From a virus, in the UHGV virus genome UHGV-0072288: 13,766 nucleotides of DNA, one strand, 5' to 3'. The position numbers and the translations under genes were made by a program. The first letter of the stretch is position 1; each line of letters starts with the position of its first letter. Under the pieces are notes generated by a model. It was not told the origin of the DNA. It did no database searches and saw only the letters and a program-made list of their open reading frames with translations. Of this stretch, positions 1 through 7,010 are shown piece by piece.

Positions 1-42
1 TTTAGTACAGTACCCGTACTGTTTTCACGCTGTCAACAAAAA

Positions 43-61
43 ACGCGCCCGAAGGTGCGTT
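43..61 (-). terminator. Possible intrinsic terminator downstream of int (minus-strand transcript)
   Basis: Imperfect GC-rich hairpin ACGCGCC-CGAA-GGTGCGT at 43-60. An A6 run at 38-43 on the + strand gives a U-run after the stem on the minus-strand RNA. About 85 nt past the int stop. Stem has one mismatch on the minus-strand RNA. Confidence 0.3.
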
Positions 62-144
62 AATAATGCCTATCAAATAAGGCTCTCATTGATAAATCAA
101 TATGTTATGAGCGCCTTATTAACCCTAATACACCCTAAAATGCC

Positions 145-1138
145 CTAGTCGGTGGACATTATGTGGACACTCCCACGCATAGGGTTAAATCGTATGGCAT
201 CAGTCAGATAATCTGGGGCGAAGTGAGCATATGTCATTGTTTGCTCGATTGTTGTATGACCCAAAATACGCTGTAGCGTGATGATATTCCCGCCGTTGAT
301 CATGAAATGTGTTGCGAAGGTATGGCGTAAAACATGCAGTGCCTGACCTTTCGGCAAGTCTGGCTTAATCTTACGAAGAACATCGCGAACTCGCTCATAG
401 TTGGTATCGAACAATTTCCCCGATTTGCGTGTAAGGATGTAGTCCGCGATTTCCTTCGATATCGGAACAGTACGAGCTGGGCCGGTTTTGGTCTTAACAA
501 AGGTCACACGGTTACTTATCACGTTTTCAGCTTTAAGATTACTGGCTTCACCCCCATCGTGCTCCTGTATTCAGGCAAAGAACGACAACTCTGCGATCAT
601 CCCCTGTAAGGGCATTCAGCAAATGGTGGATCTCTTCTTCGGACAGAAATGACATTTCTGTGTTTTCCAGACGTAACTTCTTCACGGCGCGAAACGGGTT
701 TTCGTGATGAAATTCTTCCATATCTATCAGCAAACTGAACATGCTGGACATGGAACAGAAATCCCTGTTTACCGTGCCAGCAGATACTCCACTATGAAGT
801 CGTTCTGCACGATATTTCATCAGAAAGTTGCGGGTAAGCTCGTACACTCTGGGTTCCGCCATTTCTCGGTTGATTATTTCCAAACGCTTTTTATATGAGT
901 CACCATAGTTGTGATTCTTTCCATGGTAGCTCCACCATAAAGAAATTAACTCGGATACAAGCCTCCTGTCTGCGGGTTTATCCTGCCATTCTTTATCGTG
1001 AAAGTTTGTCAGTACATACCGCTCGTATGCCTGTGCTTCCGCCTTTCTGTCAAATTTGCGTCGAATCCTTCTTCCTGAGGTTCCGCGCGGTCTAACGTCC
1101 ACTTCAAAACGACCATCATCAAGCTTCTTAATCGACAT
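145..1138 (-). pseudogene. int: Tyrosine recombinase/integrase (P2 Int-like), reading frame broken by a +1 frameshift in a C5 run (551-555)
   Basis: Two adjacent minus-strand ORFs (548-1165 and 145-522) in different frames. N-terminal part MSIKKLDDGRFEV...LCLNTGARWG-stop; C-terminal part carries the catalytic tyrosine-recombinase region (HVLRHTFATHFMINGGNIITLQRILGHTTIEQTMTYAHFAPDYL). Removing one C from 551-555 gives a contiguous ~331-aa ORF (...GARWGEASNLKAENVISNRVTF...). Start set at ATG 1138 (GGAGGG 7 nt upstream) rather than the tool's 1165. Confidence 0.75.
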
Positions 1139-1204
1139 AGCGAAGCCCTCCGATGTATGAATCATTATGTAAATTTTGCGCTAACGCATAGAAAAACCAG
1201 ATGT

Positions 1205-1504
1205 TTAGCCAATTTTCCGGGTGGAACGGGATGATGTTATGTTGTCTTGCCCATCAGGGGAGAGAGACGGGGACACCTGCCCCGCAATTGGTGCCGTCTT
1301 ATCTGTCATTAACCAGAGTGTATATTTTTCAAACATATGTACCTCTATAACACTTTCTAAGACTTCTGCACGAGCTGGCTGATGGCCAGTTTCGTACTTT
1401 TTTATTGTTCCAAGAGCTACCCCAGTAAGCTCTGAAAAATCTTTTTGAGTTAACCCTTCAGCTTTCCGGATCTGCCGGAGTTTCTCCGCATAATTTCTTG
1501 ACAT
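1205..1504 (-). CDS. C: Immunity repressor, P2 C-like (99 aa, HTH)
   Basis: 99-aa ORF with helix-turn-helix (LTQKDFSELTGVALGTIKKYETG) and C-terminal KYTLWLMT...APIAGQ pattern resembling P2 C (recalled from memory). Lies upstream of int on the same strand and divergent from a cox-like gene, as in P2. Confidence 0.75.
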   Translation of the reverse strand: MSRNYAEKLRQIRKAEGLTQKDFSELTGVALGTIKKYETGHQPARAEVLESVIEVHMFEKYTLWLMTDKTAPIAGQVSPSLSPDGQDNITSSRSTRKIG

Positions 1505-1612
1505 GGTTCTTGTATCGCAACTATTATTGGTTCTTACAAAAGAACCTTGACAAAAGAACCCTAGAACGACTTAAAGCGCCCTAGGAACCCAAACTAACGA
1601 AGGATACCACAG
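1505..1612. promoter_or_regulatory. Divergent Pc/Pe-type promoter-operator region between C and cox
   Basis: -35-like TTGACA at 1547-1552. Inverted repeat GGTTCTTACAAAAGAACC at 1529-1546. Repeated hexamer AGAACC/GGTTCT at 1505-1510, 1529-1534, 1541-1546, 1555-1560, 1584-1589. SD GAAGGA at 1599-1604, 8 nt before the cox ATG. Confidence 0.5.
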
Positions 1613-1894
1613 ATGAAGGAACCAGCAGAAAAGGCGCTTTCAGAGTTGGTGACCCCTGAGCTTTTTGCCGAATATATAGGCAAAACGCCTGCTGCAATTC
1701 GCAAAATGGCCACGGCTGGAAAACTGCCGGTAATCCGCATGAAAGACCCTCTAAATCCATCAAAAAAAGGTGGGGAAATCTATATCCATCGGGGGGAATG
1801 GGATGCTTATGCCATTCATTTGGCTCAAATTGCCCCGCCTGAATGGCATGACTGGAAGAACCGTTTATTCACGAAAGATAAAAGTGCTCGTTAG
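1613..1894 (+). CDS. cox: Cox-like small DNA-binding protein (excision/lysogeny-lytic switch)
   Basis: 93-aa ORF divergent from the repressor gene with a good SD. Position and size match P2 Cox / 186 Apl. Sequence similarity not verified. Confidence 0.55.
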   Translation: MKEPAEKALSELVTPELFAEYIGKTPAAIRKMATAGKLPVIRMKDPLNPSKKGGEIYIHRGEWDAYAIHLAQIAPPEWHDWKNRLFTKDKSAR

Positions 1895-1920
1895 TAAACT
1901 AAATATTATTGGGGATTATC

Positions 1921-2256
1921 ATGAAGACTAAATATGCCACGCTGATTCGTAGTCTGTTGCAAAACTATCACGCTCAGGCAAAAACCATTGATAAAGAAAC
2001 ATTCTCTGTACATAGCGATGGCTTGCAGTTAATGGAATTAAACATTCAGCTTGCAAAATGCCTTGAGGGTATAACCTCCACTGCTCGCTTTAATAATGAT
2101 AGTGATGATTTTGAAGAACTGCACAAAATCACGCTTATGGTATTTGGCGGAAATATACCAACTGAAAATAACATTTCCGGTCTTATGTCGCTGGCTACCA
2201 CAGCGTTAAAAAGTAATAACTCGCATCTTAAATCTGTTGCAGCTTCCCAACGTTAA
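1921..2256 (+). CDS. Hypothetical protein (AT-rich early-region cargo)
   Basis: ATG at 1921 preceded by GGGGA (1911-1915); the tool's 1909 start is TTG. 111 aa. Lower GC than flanking phage genes. No recognisable motif. Confidence 0.5.
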   Translation: MKTKYATLIRSLLQNYHAQAKTIDKETFSVHSDGLQLMELNIQLAKCLEGITSTARFNNDSDDFEELHKITLMVFGGNIPTENNISGLMSLATTALKSNNSHLKSVAASQR

Positions 2257-2265
2257 GGAACCGAT

Positions 2266-2835
2266 ATGAAACATTTAATGATTGACCTTGAAACAATGGA
2301 TAATAAACCGACTTCTGCGATTGCTTCTATCGGTGCTGTATTCTTTGACCCTGAAACTGGCGAAATGGGTGAACAGTTTTATCAACGTGTCAGCCTGGGC
2401 AGCTGTGTAGGCCACGGTCTCACTATGGGGTCAGAAACCGTATTATGGTGGATGCGTCAGGATGCCGAAGCGCGTAGCGAGCTGCTTAATGACGATTGTC
2501 TGGACTTGCCTCTGACGTTAGCTAATCTGGAAGCTTTTATTACTGAGCATTCTGACCCATCTAAAGTACAGGTATGGGGGAATAGTGCAGCGTTCGACAA
2601 TGTTATTTTACGTAATGCATCAGAGAAATGCGGGTTTGCCGATCCACTTTGGTACTACTGGAATGACCGTGATGTAAGAACGGTTGTTGAACTGTCAAAA
2701 ACACTTGGGCTGAATGTTCGTAATATTATTAAGTTTGATGGTGTTAAACATCACGCTTTATATGATGCCATTCATCAGGCTAAAGTTGTTTCTTATGTCT
2801 GGATGTATCTTGTAAAAATAGCCAGTGTGAAATAA
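2266..2835 (+). CDS. DEDDh-family 3'-5' exonuclease (DnaQ/epsilon-like)
   Basis: 189-aa ORF with Exo I motif MIDLETM (D-x-E), Exo II-like WGNSAAFDNVIL and Exo III HHALYDAIHQA (H-x4-D). SD AAGGA 6 nt upstream of ATG. Confidence 0.8.
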   Translation: MKHLMIDLETMDNKPTSAIASIGAVFFDPETGEMGEQFYQRVSLGSCVGHGLTMGSETVLWWMRQDAEARSELLNDDCLDLPLTLANLEAFITEHSDPSKVQVWGNSAAFDNVILRNASEKCGFADPLWYYWNDRDVRTVVELSKTLGLNVRNIIKFDGVKHHALYDAIHQAKVVSYVWMYLVKIASVK

Positions 2836-2837
2836 CG

Positions 2838-3056
2838 ATGCTTACAGTGACCTCTCATGCAAGTGAAAGTGTCATTCACAAGGCATTTTCAGTGCTGACA
2901 GAATATTACAACGGCAAAAAGGTATATCAGGTTATTAAGCCAAAACATTATTTCTCTGTTCATGTTTCTTATCGCTGGCGATTACTGAGTAAGGATAAGG
3001 GCAGAAGCTGGGAACTAATGACACATGAGCGATATAACAAGCAGTACAGAATATAG
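2838..3056 (+). CDS. Hypothetical small protein (72 aa)
   Basis: ATG 2 nt after the exonuclease stop, co-directional, ends just before the primase-helicase gene. No recognisable motif. Confidence 0.4.
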   Translation: MLTVTSHASESVIHKAFSVLTEYYNGKKVYQVIKPKHYFSVHVSYRWRLLSKDKGRSWELMTHERYNKQYRI

Positions 3057-3095
3057 TTTTTGCCTTTTACCCATTATTTCACATCTGGATTATTT

Positions 3096-5753
3096 ATGAA
3101 CGAAACGATACAACAGGACGTTGTGCGCCGTCTTGTTCGGGACTTTGAATTTAAAGAGCGGGATAAGTATTTGCAGCAGGGCGTTTGCCCTGCCTGTCGT
3201 AAGCGCGAATTATTTACCAGCATAGAAAAGCCCTGGATTCTGAAATGTGGCCGTGAAAATAACTGCGCACATCAGATTGTCGTGAAAGAGCTGTATCCGG
3301 ATATCTTTGAAGACTGGTCAAAACGTTACCAGACCACAGAAGATAACCCCCATGCAGTAGCTGAGGCGTATCTGCGCGAGGCCAGAGGGCTGGAGACTGA
3401 GCCATTAAAAGGCTGTTTTACCCAGGGTGCATTCGTGAAAGATGGCATGGGGTCGGCAACGGTCAGATTTTCGCTGTCATGCGGTGCAACATGGGAGCGC
3501 ATCATTGACCAGCCGCAGCGCTTCGGTAAGCAGAAAGCCAACATCAGGGGAAGCTATGTCGGTCACTGGTGGGTTCCTCCCTTTATCAACCTGCAGGAAG
3601 TGAACGAAATCTGGATCACTGAGGGAATCTTCAACGCGCTGAGTCTGTGCCAGGTAGGGTTACCTGCAGTTGCCACACTGAGCAGTAACAACTATCCGCT
3701 GGCCGCACTGGATACGCTGGCCAAAGAACTGGGTGAAAAACCACGTCCACGTCTTGTATGGGCGTTTGACGGCGATAAAGCCGGCACAAAGCACACACTG
3801 GCGTTCGCTGCCCGTAGTGATGCTGCAGGATGGAAAACTCGTGCCGCGCAGCCGGTGAAATCATCGGCATCGCTGGACTGGAATGACCTGTTGTTACGTA
3901 ACCGGTTCAGTAAGTCGGACATTAAAAATTATCGCTACTATGGCGATCTCCTTCTGGCAAAAAGCCCGACTGAGAAAGCGCTGCTCATGCATCAGCATAA
4001 CGAGTGGCACTCGTTCTACTTTGAGCATAACTCCCGCATGTACTGGTTTGAGCTGGATCTGGACAGGTATATGCGAGCCTATGAGCGCATCACCAATACC
4101 GGTACCGAAGTGGTGATGGAGTGGGAGGCCAAAGAACGGGCGGTTAAAGAGTCAGGCGGCGTGACCGAAATAGCTAACTGCTGGCTGACGCCGCTTTACT
4201 TTCAGCGGTCTGAACCTACGGACGAGTCCTGGTATTACGTGAAAGTCAGTATGCCTAACCGGCCAGCCGTGAAAGATACTTTCACGGCTAATCAGCTCAC
4301 CAGCTCCGCCGAGTTCAAAAAGCGTCTGCTGCACATCGCCAAAGGGGCGGTGTACACAGGCAGCACCAAACAGCTGGATAAGTTCATCCAGATGCGCCTC
4401 CCTGAAATCAAAGAGGTAAAGACGCAGAATTTCATCGGCTATAACAAGGATTATGCCGCCTGGTTGTTTAACCGCGTGGCCGTTTGCGATGGCCGGCTGT
4501 ATGAGATGAACGACGAGGATTACTTCGAAATCAACAGTGCCAGCGTTAAGAGCCTGAGCCTCACGCCGGCGCTGGATCTGAATCCGAAGCTGAACGAGTT
4601 TACTACGGGTTGGGTAGACGATATCTGGACGGCATTTGGTGAAAAAGGGTATGTGGCGCTGGCGTTCTGGCTGGGGTCGCTGTTTGCCGAACAAATCCGC
4701 GAGCGTGACAAGTCATTTCCGTTTCTGGAAATCGTGGGCGAGCCGGGGACAGGTAAATCCACGCTGATAGAATTTCTCTGGAAGCTCGCCGGCCGTGAGG
4801 AATACGAAGGGTTTGACCCATCTAAATCTACCGCCGCCGCGCGTGGCCGTAACTTCGCCCAGGTCGGTAATCTGCCGGTTGTGCTGATTGAGGGCGACCG
4901 TACTACCGATAACGCCAAGCAACGCGCTTTTGACTGGGACGAGCTGAAATCACTGTATAACGGTCGTGCCTCCCGCGCCGTGGGTATCAAATCGAACAAT
5001 AACGAGACGTATGAGCCGCCGTTCAGGGGAAGTATTGTGATAGCGCAAAATGCCGACACAGACGGCAGCAAGGCGTTTCTGGAGCGTATCATCCACATCT
5101 ATACCGACAAGCGCGGCCAGTCCATTCAGACGCGCCACGCTGCAGAACGACTTGAACAACTCCCCGTTAGCCAGGTATCCGGATTCACATTACTGGCCAC
5201 CATGCGCGAAAAAGAAATCATGCAGACGTTCGGCAGGGGGTACGAGCGAGCTAGGAATGAGCTGGAGTCTAATAGCAGTATTCGCCATATCCGTATTGCA
5301 AAGAATCACGCGCAGCTTGTGGGCTTGCTGGAGGCGCTTGCACTTGTTGTACCGGTGCCGGTTGAACGTATAGAAAAAACGCGTGAAGCCATCACCGCGC
5401 TGGCCGTTGAACGTTGTCAGGCACTTAAAAAGGATCATCCTCTGGTGCAGGAGTTCTGGGAGCTGTTTGATTACTTGGATGAACTGGCACCTTATGGCAT
5501 CAATCATTCATCAGATGAAAATGAAATCGCGGTTAATTTCAATCACATGGAAGAGGTCGCCGCAGCACACCGGCAGCGTATTCCGTTCACGTTAACGGAA
5601 ATTAAAAAGCTGCTTAAAAACGGCAATGAGCGCCGGTTTATCAGACAAAGCACCACGCGCAGCGCGGTAAGTGAGCGCCATAATCGTGGTAAAGGGGATA
5701 TGCAACGGATGCCGGAAACATTCCGCTGCTGGATATTTGGCCGGGAAAAGTAA
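3096..5753 (+). CDS. Replication primase-helicase (zinc-ribbon + TOPRIM primase + SF3/D5-type helicase), P4 alpha-like architecture
   Basis: N-terminal Cys4 zinc ribbon (CPAC...CGRENNC). TOPRIM motifs (WITEGIFNAL; VWAFDGDKAG). C-terminal P-loop NTPase with Walker A GEPGTGKST, Walker B PVVLIEGD and motif C IVIAQNAD. The tool starts at TTG 3060; ATG 3096 (MNETIQQ) preferred. Confidence 0.85.
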   Translation: MNETIQQDVVRRLVRDFEFKERDKYLQQGVCPACRKRELFTSIEKPWILKCGRENNCAHQIVVKELYPDIFEDWSKRYQTTEDNPHAVAEAYLREARGLETEPLKGCFTQGAFVKDGMGSATVRFSLSCGATWERIIDQPQRFGKQKANIRGSYVGHWWVPPFINLQEVNEIWITEGIFNALSLCQVGLPAVATLSSNNYPLAALDTLAKELGEKPRPRLVWAFDGDKAGTKHTLAFAARSDAAGWKTRAAQPVKSSASLDWNDLLLRNRFSKSDIKNYRYYGDLLLAKSPTEKALLMHQHNEWHSFYFEHNSRMYWFELDLDRYMRAYERITNTGTEVVMEWEAKERAVKESGGVTEIANCWLTPLYFQRSEPTDESWYYVKVSMPNRPAVKDTFTANQLTSSAEFKKRLLHIAKGAVYTGSTKQLDKFIQMRLPEIKEVKTQNFIGYNKDYAAWLFNRVAVCDGRLYEMNDEDYFEINSASVKSLSLTPALDLNPKLNEFTTGWVDDIWTAFGEKGYVALAFWLGSLFAEQIRERDKSFPFLEIVGEPGTGKSTLIEFLWKLAGREEYEGFDPSKSTAAARGRNFAQVGNLPVVLIEGDRTTDNAKQRAFDWDELKSLYNGRASRAVGIKSNNNETYEPPFRGSIVIAQNADTDGSKAFLERIIHIYTDKRGQSIQTRHAAERLEQLPVSQVSGFTLLATMREKEIMQTFGRGYERARNELESNSSIRHIRIAKNHAQLVGLLEALALVVPVPVERIEKTREAITALAVERCQALKKDHPLVQEFWELFDYLDELAPYGINHSSDENEIAVNFNHMEEVAAAHRQRIPFTLTEIKKLLKNGNERRFIRQSTTRSAVSERHNRGKGDMQRMPETFRCWIFGREK

Positions 5754-5766
5754 CGGTTCACTAGTG

Positions 5767-5831
5767 CCTAACTTTATTGTTAGGGGAAGGAGCGAACATT
5801 GAAGCAATAGGGGCGTTATCTTTATTGCTTC
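5767..5831. terminator. Two hairpins between convergent primase-helicase and glycosyltransferase genes (candidate terminators)
   Basis: Hairpin CCTAAC-TTTATT-GTTAGG at 5767-5784. Hairpin GAAGCAATA-(13 nt)-TATTGCTTC at 5801-5831 followed by a T-rich stretch on the + strand. The second overlaps the stop of the minus-strand gene. Confidence 0.4.
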
Positions 5832-6541
5832 ATTCTTATTTTAAAGTTCTTTAATTTACCGTACAGAGTATCCCGCAGGGAAAACGAAGGAACCCAATCA
5901 AAACCAGTACGCCAGGGGCGTGGACTGCCATGAAAGCAAACAACCGCCACATTATCAGGGACTTTCCCTGTCGCAGCCTCAGAGGCTAAATTTGCATTGA
6001 AGCCAATCATCGAGGGGGTGGCGATGTCACATTTATAACTAACAATTGAGCCAGGAATGATATCCTGCCATAGGGCTGGTTTTATGATGCTACCGAGAAA
6101 TCCCTGATCACCCCATTTGTCTTCAGTCTGACAATTGCGCATAATTTTCTCAGGATCAATAATGAATTGTTCCCAAATCGTCTTTTTAATCGACGCCGGA
6201 ATCATCATTATTGATGAGTTTACTCTTGAGGCATGGTTAAACTCCCGAAGCATTGTAAATTTCTTCGCACCTTCGAAAATATGAATATCTCCCGTGACCA
6301 CAACATCTACGTCAAAATAGAGTAAATCTTGGTCTCCAAGGACTGGGTGATTAGGATTAAATAGTTCAATTTTAGACCACCATCCCGGCCAGTTATAAAG
6401 CAAAGGGGTTGTGTTAACTCCAGGAATATTATCTGCATCGGTTAAACATATAGATGGAATATCTTTGAACTGACGATGAAGCCATTGGGCGTGTTTAGGG
6501 GTAAACTCTTTACTACATTTAAGAACTGAGACTATTAACAT
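5822..6541 (-). CDS. GT-A fold nucleotide-sugar glycosyltransferase-like protein (GT8-like motifs), hotspot cargo
   Basis: 239-aa ORF with strong SD (GGGAGG 6 nt before ATG at 6541). DxD motif after a hydrophobic strand (LLYFDVDVVV). C-terminal FHGSPRPW resembling the GT8 H-x-G-x-x-K/R-P-W motif. Noticeably AT-rich. Confidence 0.6.
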   Translation of the reverse strand: MLIVSVLKCSKEFTPKHAQWLHRQFKDIPSICLTDADNIPGVNTTPLLYNWPGWWSKIELFNPNHPVLGDQDLLYFDVDVVVTGDIHIFEGAKKFTMLREFNHASRVNSSIMMIPASIKKTIWEQFIIDPEKIMRNCQTEDKWGDQGFLGSIIKPALWQDIIPGSIVSYKCDIATPSMIGFNANLASEAATGKVPDNVAVVCFHGSPRPWRTGFDWVPSFSLRDTLYGKLKNFKIRMKQ

Positions 6542-6600
6542 AAGATGCCTCCCAAAATTTGGAAAGATAATATCATGTTTAGGAGGGGGGGACTATTAAT
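6542..6600 (-). promoter_or_regulatory. Putative promoter/5' region of the glycosyltransferase gene, containing a homopolymer tract
   Basis: SD GGGAGG (complement of 6548-6553). -10-like TATTAT (complement of 6568-6573). G7 run on + strand at 6585-6591 (C7 in the gene's sense) where the spacer/-35 would lie. No convincing -35. Confidence 0.3.
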
Positions 6601-6655
6601 CACTTGGTCATTCATCGACGTTGATAGATGGGAATCTGTTACATCTCAGAAAATA

Positions 6656-6680
6656 AAAGCACCGGTAGCGGTGCTTTTTT
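6656..6680. terminator. Bidirectional rho-independent terminator
   Basis: Stem GCACCG/CGGTGC (6659-6664 / 6669-6674), extendable with A-T pairs, loop GTAG. T6 at 6675-6680 on the + strand and AAAATAAAA at 6650-6658 (U-run for the minus-strand transcript). Immediately follows the stop of the Ogr-like gene. Confidence 0.65.
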
Positions 6681-7010
6681 CTATGCGGCAGCAGTGCCGT
6701 CCTGACTCAGAAACTTTAACATCAGCTGCTTTTGCTGGATATCAAGGCTGTTACAGATAGTGGCGATCAACGCATCGCTGGATTTGGCGCTGGGGCTGAT
6801 GGTATGTGAGAATGTCATATTCATCACAAAAGTGTGACCACATTCAACATCGGTACACGCGCAATATAAATCCGACAGTTCCTTGTGTTTTCGGGCTGTT
6901 TTTTTGATAACAGCCCTTGCCTCACATACCGGACAGTAAACCTTCATTACCCGCATATCCATCGCTCCGGAAGTTGGAAAACGATGATATTTTAGCCTTT
7001 TTGCGAACAT
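6681..7010 (-). CDS. ogr: Ogr/Delta-family zinc-finger protein (late-gene transcription activator family)
   Basis: CPVC-x22-CACTDVEC-GHTFV pattern matching P2 Ogr (CPLC...CQNVNCSATFI, from memory). Start ATG at 7010 overlaps the portal stop (TAATG) with SD GGAAGGTG upstream. Alternative internal starts at 6956/6947 would give an Ogr-sized ~88-91 aa protein. Confidence 0.65.
   Translation of the reverse strand: MFAKRLKYHRFPTSGAMDMRVMKVYCPVCEARAVIKKTARKHKELSDLYCACTDVECGHTFVMNMTFSHTISPSAKSSDALIATICNSLDIQQKQLMLKFLSQDGTAAA

Noticed and set aside
3060-3095. TTG start for the primase-helicase at 3060, as in the ORF track
   Set aside because: The ORF track translates alternative start codons as M. 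ATG at 3096 with an upstream GGA is a more conventional start. The 12-codon difference does not affect the call.
5754-5821. Possible cos site between the convergent replication and hotspot genes (GGGGAAGGAGCGAACA loosely resembling the P2 cos core GGGGAAAGCAC recalled from memory)
   Set aside because: The match is short and imperfect and relies on memory of the P2 cos sequence. The same interval is adequately explained by terminator hairpins, so no cos is called.
6542-6680. Alternative cos location upstream of the glycosyltransferase gene (G-rich run, AAAGCAC motif)
   Set aside because: The features are better explained as the SD/promoter and a bidirectional terminator. No 19-nt G+C-rich cohesive-end sequence could be identified by eye.
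6545-6760. 71-aa + strand ORF spanning the hotspot intergenic region
   Set aside because: It overlaps the promoter, the terminator hairpin and the 3' end of the Ogr-like gene on the opposite strand and has no SD. Likely non-coding.
6892-6915. Hairpin GGGCTGTT-(8 nt)-AACAGCCC with a T7 loop inside the Ogr-like coding sequence
   Set aside because: It sits within codons (encoding ...AVIKKTAR...) and has no flanking terminator context. Probably coincidental or a minor mRNA structure.
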